Shown: piece by piece, positions 1-14,749 of the stretch
Layout of the letters: every line of letters starts with the position of its first letter
Numbering within the stretch: the stretch's first letter is position 1
Assembly (NCBI GenBank): GCA_036785375.1
Contig: JAWMAR010000152.1
Coordinates: forward strand, 2,232,001 to 2,296,000
Direction of reading: 5' to 3'
Length of the DNA stretch: 64,000 nt
DNA from: Leucoraja ocellata
Lineage: Eukaryota
The notes under the pieces: model-generated
Databases searched by the model: none
The model's input: the letters and a program-made list of their open reading frames with translations, nothing else
What the model was told of the DNA's origin: nothing
Program-made: the position numbers and the translations under genes

Positions 1-351
1 AACAGTTATATTAATCATCCACTGTTCAAATACCTTCCGTTTGGATTTAGAGTAGGGCCTTTAGTGACTACATCTGGAGAATTCTATTTGTTTCAAAGTT
101 TTCTGTCACTGCCAGGTAGAAATGTGAAATCTTTCTGGCTGCTTTTAGATTGTATTTATAAGTTTTGGTTGTTTTTTTGTTCCAGAGCTATTTCAAATTC
201 CTGACCGTTATCTAACCTTAGCTTGGCTCATCCATATTCCCCTGATTACTGTACAGATTCTCCTTTGTAAAATCATGATTTCAATGTACTTTGCTTTTGC
301 AGTTATCTTCATTGAATTGGTAACACAAAAGTCCAACAATAATTTAGTCAT

Positions 352-450
352 AGGTAGACACAAAATGCTGGAGTAACTCAGTGGGACAGGCAACATCTCC
401 GGAGAGGAGGAATGGGTGACGTTTCTGGTCGAGACCCTTCTTCAGACAAG
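352..450 (-). mobile_element. Short Penelope-terminus element with minimal hammerhead core
   Basis: TSD aatttagtcat at 341-351 and 451-461. The minus strand reads gtCTGAAGAagggtctcgaccaGAAACGTCacc. Confidence 0.75.
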
Positions 451-719
451 AATTTAGTCATTCTTGGTCCTGAATTTAGACATCATTAATTTAATGACAA
501 GACCATTTGGTCTTAAAGGCACTTTATATTTCTGAATGAATATTGGGACATTGTTGAAATTATTTCAACTATTGCATTGATTAATTTAATTTAATTTGGA
601 AATGGGTAGTTTCAGTTATTGAAAAGCAAAGAACTCCAGATGCTGTAGGTCACAATGAAGTGCTAAAATAACACTGTCTGCTTCCAGCAGAGCTGCTCAT
701 TAGTCCCAGTCCTCTGTAC

Positions 720-945
720 CCTCCAATTCATTTTCATTAGCCTGCATTTTTGTCCTATTGCCACTTATCTATACTAAGGGATAATTTACTGTGGCTAAAT
801 AACCCATCAGAGTACCTTTGGGATGAGAGGAAACCCAGTCATGTACAAACTCAATTATATATATATTTTTTTTAAAGCCTATTGTCAGAATTGAACCTGG
901 ATTGCTGGAGCAGCAGCCTACCTGCTGTACCACTGTGCTGCCTGA
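720..945 (-). mobile_element. Degenerate tRNA-derived SINE (HE1/V-SINE-like)
   Basis: The reverse complement resembles the SINE at 5811-6098 (gcagcacagtggtacagcaggtag...ccaggttcaatt). Confidence 0.55.
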
Positions 946-1091
946 ACTGTAGCATTTTATTTAAAACCAAATGGATCCAACAGAATTGGTGGGTGGGAGA
1001 GTGAAATTGTAAATTAAGTTTACCCTTTGATTGCCTGGCTGATTTATTTTTCTGAGCTTTCTGATTTTAAACCCTAATCCTTTCTTTTCAG

Positions 1092-1816
1092 GTGATAAAC
1101 ACATACGCCTCAACCTATCCGATGTTCACTTTGAGATGAACTCCAGTTTTGAGAAGGATGTAGAGATGATGGCTCCTCACCCCATGGACCAGAATTTGGG
1201 CAGTGCACTGTCCTATCTAGGAACAGAAGCAATGAGGCCTCCGAGGCTGCCCATAACCAGTTGTTTGCCGGAGATCACGCCTGTGATCAGTGCTGTCTAC
1301 TCCCATGTACATCCGATCCACAGCCGAGCTGAGGCACAGGGAGGGCGAGAGGCAGCAGAAGGTCATGAAGACGTGCCAGAAATTATGAATTCTAGAGCAA
1401 AAAATCAACTGGTTGAGCTTGGGGTGTCTCCAAGCAATGGTTGTCATGATTCCACAGATACAGAAAGCAGCCATGAAGACAGGAATGCCCATGCTTTTCC
1501 TAGTAACTATGTCACAAGGCAAAGCCCGGCCTATTCCAAAGAGGACCCAAAGGCACAGGAGCCTCCATCATCTGCCAAAGCAGCTCAAAGCTCAGCCAAA
1601 GAGGTCCTTAGAGTCTTAAATGAAGATGGAGAACAAGTTAAGGCTTATAATTGTAACCACTGCCGGGTTCTCTTTCTTGACCATGTAATGTTTACCATAC
1701 ACATGGGTTGCCATGGATTCAGAGACCCTTTTGAGTGCAACATCTGTGGCCACCACAGCCAAGATCGGTACGAATTCTCCTCGCACATTGTTCGAGGAGA
1801 GCATAAAGTGAGTTAG
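1092..1816 (+). CDS. IKZF4: Ikaros family zinc finger 4 (Eos), last coding exon with C-terminal dimerisation zinc fingers
   Basis: Acceptor tttcttttcag ends at 1091. The frame reads (G)DKHIRLNLSD...EITPVISAVY...SPSNGCHDSTDTESSHED...SPAYSKEDPK...CNHCRVLFLDHVMFTIHMGCHGFRDPFECNICGHHSQDRYEFSSHIVRGEHKVS*. The C-terminus and SPAY.KEDPK motif match Eos, and synteny with RPS26 and ERBB3 supports it. Confidence 0.95.
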
Positions 1817-4800
1817 AGAGGGCCACATGGACTACACTTTTCTACTCCCCTTGCACTGACTTCATCTAAAGAAGGAGGTGTTCTTACCAGGGTTGGACAA
1901 GATCATTGTTTTCAGGGATTAATCTACAGAATAAACGAGGGTTAAATTCGGCTCCAAATAAAACTAAGTGTACTCCATCTGGATTTTTTTGTTGCATCTT
2001 TAACAAAAATATGCTTAATTAAATTCTATTTAGTTGAATTTCAGAGGAGGAAAAATCCATATTTCTGGGGGCCCAATTTTACAGTTAATGACTTATGGTA
2101 CCTTTTTTTCCAAGCACTGATTTATCTGTAATGTATATAAGGCAGTATAGGTGGATTTAATGTAATAGGGATGAATTCAAAATGAGGCTTTAATTCCTAT
2201 CAAAGCTCCCTAATTAATGGACTTCAACTATTTTATCCTTCTAGATAATTAAGTGTTCAACTGTTCTTTAATACTAAAGACCTTGTGTAACTTTAGAAGA
2301 GAATCATCCAGTGGAAACTACTGACCCTTTTAGTGTCGTATGAATTCTTAACCTAGATAAGTAGCAGTAATTTATCCAAATGACATGCATCAAAGAAAAC
2401 TACCTATGTTTATGCCTTTGTGGAATTTGTCTTTGAAGTTTGATGTTTTATAAATGCCCATCTTTTTTAATCATTAATGAGGTTAGTTGAACTATCTAAA
2501 CATCTTGGCATTTTGACATTTTTTTATGGTGAAATAGATGATGCCTGTAATTGTTTTCTTAAAACTAGTTGGAAAAACTGTGGATTAATCCCAGACCATT
2601 GTGACTTGGCTATCAGTTGCACAATTAGGGTGTCCAGCCAGATTCTGTGAAAGCATTTTTGGGGAGGGAGGGGTGAGCACAGGCTCAGTGGTAATTTATT
2701 GGCAAGAATAACAGAAGAAATTTAAAATAACAGAAGATTTTAACTGCTTCAGTTTGATGATGCCCAATAATGTAGTAGTGAATGTGCCTCCTTTGTCACT
2801 GTGGTTACAAATTCATATCCTGTCAATGGTTCACATGTACTTGCCTACTGAAAGTCTGGTTGAGTTTGGCAAATTCTGGGTTGAACCAATGCACCATCTA
2901 GTTCTGTGTCAAATGACCAGCCTGTATGCTGAGCCACTGACTACCCTGGCACTATGTAGTGTAATTAAGCCAGAGTCGTCAGTGGGTGTGAAAATGGGAT
3001 TTGAGGAACTATTATGGTGAACTCAGACAATTTATGAAATTAGTGTCATAAGCAATCCAAACTACCTCGTTCTAGCTGTTGGATCTAATAACTACCATGA
3101 CGCAACATTGGCTGATGAGAGGCTTTGAATTGGTGGCTAATGGTGACTTTCTTATTCCCCTTCCCCTCACCAAGCTGTTTGAAGATGTCACAGTGTCACC
3201 AACCACTTAGAAAGTGTACACAAATTGAAATGCTCAGTCTTACTGGTGCATGATGGTGTCTGTTGTTCAGTACTTTCTGTGCTTGAAAACAGTGCCCCGT
3301 CTGCATAAAATGTTGACTTTTGGCCCAACAGTACAGTTTCTGTGTATACTTTCTGAAGTTCAAACCTTCTCCAAAGTCAGGATTCCAATCCATTAACTAT
3401 CACATGCATGTTGAGTTTCTTTAGTTTTTTTTGGCTGAAACACTGCAGTGCTTCTTACTCTGTGGGAAGAGGTAGCCATCTGTGTTCATGCTCACCAACA
3501 CTGGAGCAGCATTTGTCCAAGAAGCTGTGATGAAGTCTGGGTGTTTATCTAGGAATATGCAGTTTTTAAAACTTTAATCATATAATAAATACTTTTACTT
3601 TGGACCAAATGAGGTTTACAGGCAGAAGGTTAATATATTTTAAGCAATTAATGTGTTCTTATCTATTAAAAGGACTTTTCCAGATGTTGACTTTTAAATA
3701 GTGTCTGCATTCATATTTATAATTTAAAAATTCTGTAGCATAAAAACTTCACACTCCTGTGGTTGTAGGTTCATGTCCCAGGCTCGTGCATATTGGCCAC
3801 GTTAATGGTGAATAATAACTAATTCTCATTCTACTGACTGGATATGATCTATGATGAGAGTTGGATATTTTCAGCTGCTCCACTGTGGTGAGATGCAGGA
3901 AATAATATTTGGTGCTGGGCTTTGAGGGGAGGGTAAAATATGAAGAGAACTGGGAGGAGACTATTCTGCTTGTCTTTAGTAAAGGATGTTGGATGAAGGG
4001 GCACAGCCATTATGGAATGCAAGAGTTTATTCAGGATGGGTTTTATGGAGTTAATAGATTTTTGTAAAGTAGGAAACCCAGTGACATCTTCAGTTTGCAA
4101 GACATCAGTGCAAAGTCTAGATTATATTTTTTTTGAGGAGGAGAGGGGCTTCATGGATTGTAGATTTTTTTTGTCCAACCCTAAGTTTTTTTTTTTAAGA
4201 TTTTCAGTTATTTAATCTCTTTTGAACTGACACTTCTAGAATTATTTTCTGATTTTATTTAAATTATCTTTGCACATTAGTTTCTAATGCACACATATGT
4301 TGCACACTGTTCGGGCAGCTTGTTAGCTTCCTATTTCTTCTGCAGAGCCAAAGTCACAGTTCATTTTCTTCTCGTTCCAGTTATGTCAAACACACCTTTT
4401 TTTAATTAAGATTTAATACTTAAATCTGTGCAAATTACATTTATTTAAAATCTACTTTAAGGAGCCCTGCTGCATTAGTAGAAATATGTACCCCTGAGCT
4501 CTGATACAGTCTTGGGTTTCTGGTCTCTGAAGGAATGGGTCTGACTGCAAATTAGCAAGGGAGAGCTTGAGTCCCTCTACTGCTGCCGCCCTCTAAGCTG
4601 TTGGGACAGAAACCAGGGAAATTAAATTTATTGTTCTGTATCAGTTCAGTTAGACGCAAAGGTAGCAAGCTTTAAATTGTTAATACGATTAAAAAAATCA
4701 GAACAAGTTGCTGCTTGTGGAAATGAAGACAGCAGGTTGCTTTGAACTGCAGGAAATCCCAGCCAGTGCTGGTGGATGATGGTTCAATGTAGGAGATGTT

Positions 4801-5810
4801 TGTGCTTAAGACTGTAAATTCATCTTCCCCACAGGCCTTTGATGCACCTTTTTTGTGTGCTTGCTCTTGTCGCTTAATGGTACTATTGTTTTGCAAATTA
4901 AGTGTTGCGCTAAACTTGCAATCCTACTGCAAAAGGCAAGAATGGTCAAGCATTTACAAAAGGGGCACGTCTACCCTCAGAATCAACATATTTGGATGTT
5001 TGGAATCTGGGCGCATTGTCAAGGCTGACTTGAGCATCCTTTCCAAAATGATTGTATAATGTGGCGTAAAGGTGGAAATCCTGCACCAAACCAGCAGTCC
5101 AGTAAGTGTCCGAATCAGGTGATGTACATTTGGGCTAGATTCGCATTTTGCCCCTAAGAATCGGCAGCCTTCACCCAATGTCAGTTATCCAGTAAAGTGG
5201 CTCCCTGTAGCTGCCATCTACAATGTGAAAGAAACCCATTTTTCAAGTGTGACTATTTTTAATTTATCTCATTGTAATCTTGAAGCACTTTCAAAATGAT
5301 CTTAACCTGAAACAAATATCCTTTGTGCCTTTAATTATAGAGCATTGTAATATGTTTTGTATTTGTAATCTTAGTGTATTTTTCAATCCTACGTGGGACT
5401 ATGGATCATAAATCATTGATCTAGTTAACCCCACCTAGTCACACTGATATGACTGTCTCCACCAGAGATAAGCAGATGCAATTCTATTATTCTTTAATTA
5501 AAGGGACCTGGTTGAATATGTGTTTCCCACAAAAAAGATTTCTGATTGCGAGACAGTGCCTTGCAGCATCATTTTTGTTTCTATATTGAAAGTATTCAGA
5601 GTTGCGCAAACCATTATGAACAAAGTGTTTCTCAAAACCATTGCTTCGACACTGTGATAAATCTTGGCTTCAGTGAAGATAATCTGCATCTTTTTGACCT
5701 TGTAAGTAACTGCTGTGACCTTTCAGCAGGCTTTTTCCCTGTTTTCTAAAGCATTTTGTACTGTCTTGCACATCTGAATACACATCAAGGAATCTTGTCA
5801 TTCAAATCCT

Positions 5811-6098
5811 GGGCGGCACAGTGGCGCAGCTGGTGGAGCTGCTGTCTCACAACGCCAGAGACCCGGGTTCAATCCTGACTGTATGCAATTTGCACGTTCT
5901 CCCTGTGATTCCTCTGAGTGCTCCAGTTTCCTCCCACATTTCAAAGACATTTGTTGGTTAATTGGCCCTCTGTAAATTGTCCTCCAATATGTAGGGAGTG
6001 GATGAGCAAGCGAGACAACATAGAACTATTGTGAATGGGTGATTGATGGTCAGCGTGAGCTCAGTGGGCAGAAGGGCCTGTTTCCATGCTGTGTCTTT
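5811..6098 (+). mobile_element. tRNA-derived SINE (HE1/V-SINE type) with CR1-like 3' tail
   Basis: A-box-like gtggcgcagctgg, B-box ggttcaatcc, central ggttaattggcc and tail gggcagaagggcctgtttccatgctgt. Confidence 0.85.
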
Positions 6099-9000
6099 TT
6101 TTTAAAACTACCCTCGTAAAATGGTGATAAAAATCTCAATTGGCCTTTTGATTTTGGAGATAATTTGAAGATCGTGGAGGATCTCTGGATAGTGAGCTTA
6201 TTTGACGAGTGCATGTATTGAGTTCATGAGTGACTTGTATGTTGCTGCACATACATGGATTTGGACTGTGGTGAATATATGCAAGGGCTTTTTGAGTTCA
6301 TTTGCAAAAGTATGAATGTAAAGCCATGAGTTTTATCCAGCTTTGCGAAATGTAAAGGAAATGATCAGAAACAACCAAGCTCCCCCCCCCCCCCCCCCAA
6401 CTTAGTCATGAAGTTTGTTTTTAATGAATCGTTAAAGAAAAACTACTTATTAACACAAGATTTGGGCATTAATTGGGCTGTTGGTTTGATGAAGCACTTC
6501 GGTCTCCAATGTTAAGACCTTCAATGGAATGAAACACTGAATTTTGCACAAGGAGATTTCAATCTCTGTCTTTCCTTATTTAAAATATGTATGTTTAACA
6601 TCAAGATTCTTTTTGGTAGATGCGGCATTTTGATTTTGGCAAGCTACTTCTATATTTAACTTCTCTGTATGCCTATGAGGTTTATTTTGCTGTTGAGAAT
6701 TTTGTATTGATACTCTTGGAAAAACAGCAATCCAATAAAATGATGAATGTGCTTTCAAGTTGTGAAAAGCTATGTCATCCAGATTGCAAGGTATGTTTGG
6801 GGCATTTGTAGCCTTCATAGATGCACAGAAATACATTGCATTATTATTATTCTTGGTTTTTGTTTCTTCTTCCTATGCCTATTCCCACTACTAAGGAGTC
6901 CAACTTCATGTATATCCCAGTTGAATTTGTGCATCAGAAATCTTGGAAGTTTGCAATGTACTTAAAATGTCTCTGATCAGCCTGAGAAAGTCCTGGCATG
7001 GGTAAGAATCAAGACTAGGAAGTGAGCTTGGCAGTCAGTTGCTTCATACTTGTCGCTTTATTTTAAGGTATTAATAATTTGGGTAATTGTCTTTCGAGTG
7101 AAAAATATAATACTTTAAAATTACCAGGGGCTTGCTGTAGATTAACTGGTGTGAAGCCAACCCTTGCAGTCCAAACTAGTTTCAGGTGGATAGAATGATG
7201 CTCGAGTCACTCAACTATTGCAGATTTTGTTTGCAAATCATTTTTGCACTGACTTTTGTCAGTGATCTTAGTTCTTTTCCTGGCCATGTTCTTTTTAGCA
7301 CTATAGATTCCACCTTCCACCACCCCCCCCACCCCCCTTTCCAGCCTTCGAAGAGGCCATTTGATGTGTTGTGACCTTTAATGTATTGTAGAGTGATGGG
7401 TACTGGGGAGTGAATTATAAGACAATAATATCTGCTCAGATGACAGAATGAAGAGTGTATTGTTAATCTCTACTGTGCGAACTCAGCAAGGTCATTACCT
7501 TAGGTTCCACCTTCTGTGTTAAAGCTTTGTATTATATGTAGAGTTTATGTCATGTTATAGTGTTTTTGTTTTCAAAGTCTGATTTAATCTGATCCTTTAA
7601 ATGTAGGAAATTTGAAATGCAGATATTTTCAGATCCAACGGTAATTTGGAAAAACTATACAATGTGGCAGGTGCCAAGATACTTTGGTATCTGACTGCTG
7701 GAAGGTAATGCATATTACTATTTATTATGTGTTACAGCAATTCCATCCCAAACCATTATTCATCCCTAACCTTTCCAAAGAGCATTGTATATTATGCTGA
7801 GCAAGGCACCAAAAATATAGTTTGAAATTCCTCAGGTATTGTAGTCCCTTACTCTTGTGTAGTAGTTGAGGGTTTTTTAAACCTCGGGCCATTATCAATG
7901 ATGTAAGTGATTATATTAGATTGCTTGGTGCACACTTTTTATAGTTTATTTTTCCATTAACTCTTCTCGGCCCGCTCTCTATCTGTGTGCAGCCTCAAGG
8001 GAGACGAGGAGTTGAGAATGATACTGTTCTGATACAAAAGTGGTGCTTCTGCTATTCATCTACACATCAAACCCTCAACGTGAATGCAGTTTCTGACCCT
8101 CTTCTGGCAAGAACAACCAGGCTATGGGTGGAAAAAGTGAACTTTAAGGTTGGAATAGGGCAAAAATAAATCTTGGTATGGGGAGAAAAGAGGAAAGAAT
8201 TGTTTTTTTTAATTGATAAATGATGTAAATAAAGCCACCGATCAACAGCCAGTTTATAACTGCCTTGTGATTGTTGCTACTGCAACTGGCATTTCCCCCA
8301 TATTTAACAACTACCATAGTTTGCTGGCCATTTTGTAAATTAGTCAATACTCTGGGGAGCAAGGTTTTCCAATTGCTGCAAAAAGAATCTTTTTGGAATT
8401 AAAAACTTTTCCCTTTATACTTATCAGTGTTTGATCCATAAATTGATACAGTGTACATTATTCAGCGCCTTGCTGCATTAAACCTGTAAATAATCTTAAA
8501 GAACAGCCCAATTGAGCAAAGAGGACAAACATCGATCACTGATAAATGAGAATTGCAGAAACACCCTGATTTTTAAATTAGATTGTGGTTCAAATTGTTG
8601 AATCCCACCTACATGCTGTACACTTTGGTGAAAACATAAACCACTGGATATACACAGCAGGTCTGGCAGCACCAGTGGAGAGAGGAACAGGTTGATTTCT
8701 TTCATTAGATCTATTTTATCATCATTTAATTTTGATGAAACGTGGTCAACCTAAAATATTAACCCTGTTCCTCCCTCAACATGTGTTGCCAGACCTGTAA
8801 AGCATCTCCAACATTCTTTGTTTTGTTTATATCTCAGATTTCCAGCATATGCCGTCTTTCGTTTTTTGATTGCTGTATTCTTTAGCCTTGGACCTGTGCG
8901 TGAATTGGATCAAATTATGAGTCTTAATGCATGCATAAGAGCCTGAAGCTTGTATCTAGAATCACTTCCTCAGTTTTATGTGAAAAGAAATTTGACATTT

Positions 9001-10644
9001 TGGAATTGTAAGTTGGAATGGGTGCTGGAACCTCCTAAGGAAACTCAAATGACATAAAATTGAAAAAAAAAACAAGCAGTGTTTAAAGGGTATATCAATA
9101 AAATATAGACGGTAAGTCATTGAAGGTCACTTGTAGATGTTGCTGTAGTCCCCGATGGACAAAAACTTGATGTGTGAGCTGAACTAAAAGTCATGATGTT
9201 GGTAGTTTTATTTTGCCAAGATCTAGTACTTCCAAAAAGTAATTTACACCTGACAGAAAACGATTTTATAAATTAGTGATTGAAGACCAGGGACCCCATC
9301 TTATTACACTGTCACCCAGTGACAACTGCATTCTGCTTAAATAATTCAATAAAGCAGAAACTGTTCTGTAAAGTTGGCTAACCATTTGGAGGTAGAGTTC
9401 CTCTAAAATAAATAGTTCCCATAAGGTGACTTTTGCCTCGCGCGTTCTAAGGATTTCCGCAATTGGGTCCAGTCAATAGTGTGATCATCAAGCCTTGATT
9501 GCAAAACAAAAAAAGGCATCCATTTACCGTGCAGTACCCCAAACCTTTTCATTTGTAGCATTTTAAATGAAATTATTCCTTTCGTTTAGCGCCTTGTTTG
9601 TCAACCTACTGACTGTATGTCTGTATTTAGTTTAGGAGAAGGGCAAAATAGGGACACTGTATACTGTGACTGTAACCCTATGTTAACCGAACAGGAAACG
9701 CAAATAACGTCCGCTGTTATGTGTGTGCGTGTGTGTTGCAGTAAATATGAATTGTCACCAATTTTAATTTTGCTCTCGTTTGATTGGAGGTCATAAAACA
9801 TTGTGAAACGAAAAATAAATCTGTGGTTCTATCTGTGTTTCCTTGGAGCACTAGTCTTTGTATAAAGGATGTCTTTTTATACAAGAAAGTGTTTGATTTC
9901 TCAAATAATCAAGCTTCTGCAAGTCACGCACTCGCGATCTAACAACTTGAATCATTTTCGATCAGCTTTCCAAAGCACTTTGTCAATATTTAAAGCTGGT
10001 GCGGTGATTAGTGGTTGTTTCGCTGAATTACTTAACTTGATAATCGATCACTTCTATAGTCAGTTGATTATTATCAGAATTTGTCATTGTTCACTTAAAA
10101 CACCAAAAATGCTTTTATTCGAAATTCCTTTTTAAATAAATAATCCTGTAACATTTATAAATAATTTTCAAAAACTTGTTTCATTTTGGAGGAAAAATTA
10201 AATTTTAGCCATGGCTTAATAGCTACTCTTAATTTCACACAATCTTTTGGATTTGTGACTCATAAAATGTTTATATAGTACTTTTAATATGAAAAAAACT
10301 TCCAAAATATTTCACAAACAGGAAAATAATGTTGAGGGAAGTGAAAATCTAACACTGGCTGAATGGTAGATCAAAGGGATGTATCTTTAAGAGTTGTTTT
10401 TTACTTTTTTGCTAATTGAAACGCGAAGGATGATAGTGCGACATTTGCTTATTTCCTGATGAACGATCTGGTCTTCCCTCTGCTTAATAAGGCATTGGGG
10501 AAAATAGCTGTACCCTGAGCTTAATGTACCTGCTCCAGCAATAGTGCTAGCATTGGAAGTCAGTTTAAAGAAATAAATAAAATGTAGCAGAAAGGTTTTT
10601 TTTTTAATTAATTAAATCTTAATAATATGTAACAAGGCAGAATA

Positions 10645-11060
10645 GCCATTCTCTAATCTAAAAGATGTTAGCGAGCTATCACCTTGAACTGCTGAAGTCC
10701 TTCTGGTCGAGGTACTCTCACAATGATTTTTGACAGGTAGGTTCTAGAATGTAAAGCATTGAAGATTAAGGTACAGAGACACATTTCCAAGTCAGGATGG
10801 TGTGAAATTTGGCTGGGAGTCGAGGCGGTGGAGTTCTCATGCACCTGCTACTGTTGTGCTTTTTGCACAGTCAAGTTTGTGAATATTGAAGGTTTTGTTA
10901 AGAAGTCTTGGCAATTTGCTGCAATGCATTGTGTAAATGGTACACATTGCAGCCATAGTGGAGAGTGTGAATGTTTAAGCTACTGGTTGGGATGTCAAAC
11001 AAATGGGTTGCTTTGTCCTGGTTGGTATCAAAATGGGCTGTAAACTGTAACTGCACTTGA
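10645..11060 (-). mobile_element. Old LINE 3' fragment, same family as 18838-19500
   Basis: Sequence resembles the 18838-19500 copy; clade not determined. Confidence 0.4.
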
Positions 11061-14000
11061 TTTCCTTTTTAGCCTACTTTTTTTTTTCGAAGAAGCCCTC
11101 CACATTTTTGATGACCTAAAAATAATGTTATGAGAGTTCAGGTAAAGCTAATGTCACACAATGCATTTTCACAATGTATTCAGCAAGCTAAAAGGCTTTT
11201 ATTTGAAATGTATTTGTTTCGTCTTAAACCAAATGTTAGTGAACCCAAATCTGTAGCATAAAAATCAGCTCAAATTTCCAAGTAGACCGTATGCCATGGA
11301 AACACTCGCACTGTTGCGGTAAGGAATGCTTATGCATTATGACAAAGTGTGTCATAATGGCAGCTCAACTCTGAATCTGGCTGTTTTGTACCTCACTTGG
11401 CAGAGTTCAGTTTTAGCATTTGGTACAAATGATGCAAAAGTTGAATTTCTGCAGCTGATATCCTTCATCTTCAGAGTGGAGAAAACAAAGTACCCAAACT
11501 ACCTAACTTAAACAACAAAACAATCTGTTTGTAATGCATGCTTTATCTGTGCTGAGTAGCGTCTCAAATGTCTGCACACTTGTAAGTGGTTTTCTGCTTT
11601 ACGTGAAAAATTTAACCTCCATTCACTGCTATCCCTTTAAAGTTGCTATCTGAATGAGTGCAGTGCAATGCTGTGTGGAATATAATCCTTGTGCCTCTTC
11701 TCGGTAGAACTCCTTTGATTTTCTCCGTGCATCTGAGACTATTGCGAGTATGTTCTGCAGTCAGCATCAAGCATGCTGTCTAATGTGAGAGAAGTAAGGT
11801 GCATCACAAGTGTACAATTTTGAAGCATTTCTCCACTGTAATTTCCCCAAATATTGTATGTTGCTTCACTGAAATCTCGACTCTTCCAAGGTATACTTAT
11901 CTTGAATTGAAGAACAGTACACTTTGTGCTACAGTCCAAAAACTGACCTTTTCAGGTTTCAGCAGAACTGTTTAGCACTAAAAGAATTTGCATTACAATC
12001 CAAGAATTGTTAGAAAATTTCACAAGCAATTATATTTTGTCAGCTTTATCCTGGTATCTTAGTTTCTAAAGGTTTAAATTTAAATGTACTGACAATGTTT
12101 AGGAGTTCTTTCCTTCCCCTCTGCCTGGGTACAACATACATGCAAAGTGCATTTATCACGCCCTGCACTTGCATATACTTCCTTCCCAGATCATGTAAAT
12201 GGCCTGGGAATGCTTCAGGACATTTCAAGACCTTGGGATGTTCAGGAAGATCAAGCAGCTGTAGGTTTCTCAGACCTGTAACAGCCTCTGGCTTCTGCCT
12301 GATGGTGGGGGTTTGTTAACCTAACACGGCAGACATTTTTTTACTAATGACTAACATCCAATCTTTGGCCTGCCTCAAAACTCTTAGGATTTTGTGGAAC
12401 TTCCCAGCATAAACTTTTTGTATGCCCTCTTGTGCTAAATTGCCCACCAAGTGTTACCATTGAGAACTAAACCCAAAGGCTGGGAACTCCCTGACTCATT
12501 TAAGAGGCACCCTTTGGCCTTCTGCAAGTGCTGGCCAGGACGTGCCCCAATGCCCAAGCAGTATTACAGTCGGGGATAATTTCCACATTTTTCCCCAACC
12601 CACGAGCTTGCTGTCCATATACAAGGATTAAGAACATTGGACTTCCTTGTTATTCTGAGGAGCTTGCTAAAAAATAATTGTCCAAGTTACCCTTTTGTGT
12701 TCCAGCTCCTATCGTTGAAAATCAAGGAATAATATGTTTTGTATTTTGCACCATTCACAGTCTTCCTCCATGTTTAGGATCGAGGTAGTTGGCCAGCTCT
12801 GTCTGTGCTCAATTTTGAGTTTCACAGCCCTAAATGGAGGGCATGGAAAAGCTGAATAAATGTTGTTTGCTCACTTGATTTCAGTGATAGGATACCTTCA
12901 AATGAATCTCATCATCTTGCTGGACAGTCAAGTATTAAAGAGCATTTAGACCTGGATGATGTGAGTGTGATTTAATGGTAGTGTTTCACCTTTTGAGCTG
13001 GTGAATTACTTTAAAGCAAATTGGTACACACATAATTTTTCTGTGTTTGTGCCAATCTTCTAAACATGCGCAGTATTGGCAAAGGATGCTGTTTTTGTGT
13101 CTCATCCTTGAGGGCAACCAGGGATGCAATGTGTGGTGATTACAAGGTTGTGTTTCTGGATTGAAGACTCAGCAATTTAGGGGCACTGTGAAAGACCATT
13201 ATAATTTATACCCCAATTAATATAAAATGCAAATTCCTCTTTACACCCTGCTTTTGTGTTCAGAAACTGGTCAATTTTAGAATATGGTGCACAGGATTTG
13301 AGGCTTGCCTTGAAGTATATTCCTTTCAGTGGTTGAAATTATTTATTTTAACAAATGATGACATTTTCATTTGCAGTGGGGAGAATGTGAGACATTTTAG
13401 TTGTACACAACAATTTGCATAGAAAAAAAATAAAATGTGGAAATGCTGGCAACCTAAAGAAAACCACAAATGGTACAAATGCAGGTCGATGGACCTAACT
13501 TTATCTTTTTAGATGCCGACTCGCCTGCATATTGCCACTATTTTCTACTTTTAATTTTGCTGTGTGTTTGTGTGGACTGCTTAACAATATACTTCACTAA
13601 CCTAAAGAAGAAGCCTCCGTTGTTTGGAGGGAAAAACATTATATACACCGAGTATGTGAGCTAGATACATGCTAAAGTGGAGTATAACTGCATGTCTTAG
13701 GCTATTTAGAGAAATTCTCAGAAAATGCCCACTTCTGATAAAGATGGAGGTAAGCCCCAGTCCCTCAATTTCAATTTTTTTTTAAATAAAAAAAATAACA
13801 TGCACATATTATATACCTCATGAAAATGTGAATATGACATTAATGATAAACTGACTTCTGGATCGACTATCAATTATAAATAATCGCATTTGTTGTACCT
13901 TGCTGATTTGATTTTTGCAAGCAGTTTTTTAACCTGTAGGTGTACATTTTGTTTAGTTTGAAACTGTTAATTGGTCTGAGGACAGTAAAATGTAATCTTA

Positions 14001-14749
14001 ATAACGATGTGCTGCCTCAAAAAAGCTGACCCATAGCGTGTTTAAAATGCGTGAATCTTGTGTTTTTATACAATGTACGGAATTCCAAGTGCAATACTCC
14101 ACTGTCCCTCTTTACAGTAGTTTTCTTGATGGACTTATTCGTATACGTTTGTGTGTAAGTACGATAACAGACCATTATTGTCTTGACTTTTTTTCTCCTG
14201 TGATCAATATGAATTGCATTATGTTGCTTTTAAAAACTGCTCCAGAGCCTTTGTACATGTATTATAATAATTATATATATTTGTGTACTGGAGAAAAACT
14301 ACTGTAAGTTTTGTACTGTCATGGCTGAAGGTCTACTAAAATAAACTTGAGAAACTCAGGAACCCGTTGACAAGTTGGTTATTTTCAAAATCACACAACA
14401 CCGGTGACTTTATTTTGTATAAATATTGCCGGATAGATATCCACATATGTACCATAATTGCAAGGAAGCTTTTAAAAAAAAAAAAAACTTGAACAATCTA
14501 ATAAAGATCTTTCATACACGGTGCGTTTCACATCCCAGCAAGTGGCAAAGCATTTCACACATTTTGTAGCATAATCAGTGTTGGCACACAGGCAAATGCG
14601 GCTGCCAATATGCGCGCAAGGCCAGCAATGAGATAAAAGAGTATACCGTTTATATTGGGTAAGGGAATTTCTTGCATTTACATAGCGCTTAATGATGCCT
14701 CTTAGAAACATTCAATTTGCTTCACACAAACTGAAATGCTTTGGGAGCA

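Larger units (their letters stand above)
1817..14520 (+). other. IKZF4: Probable long IKZF4 3' UTR with alternative poly(A) sites; distal end uncertain
   Basis: AU-rich and repeat-poor compared with the rest of the window. AATAAA at 9814-9819 is followed by a GU-rich tract, and AATAAA at 14500-14505 follows a TGTA-rich block. Confidence 0.4.

Noticed and set aside
5811-5880. tRNA-like A/B boxes
   Set aside because: These are SINE heads, not tRNA genes; no full cloverleaf is present.
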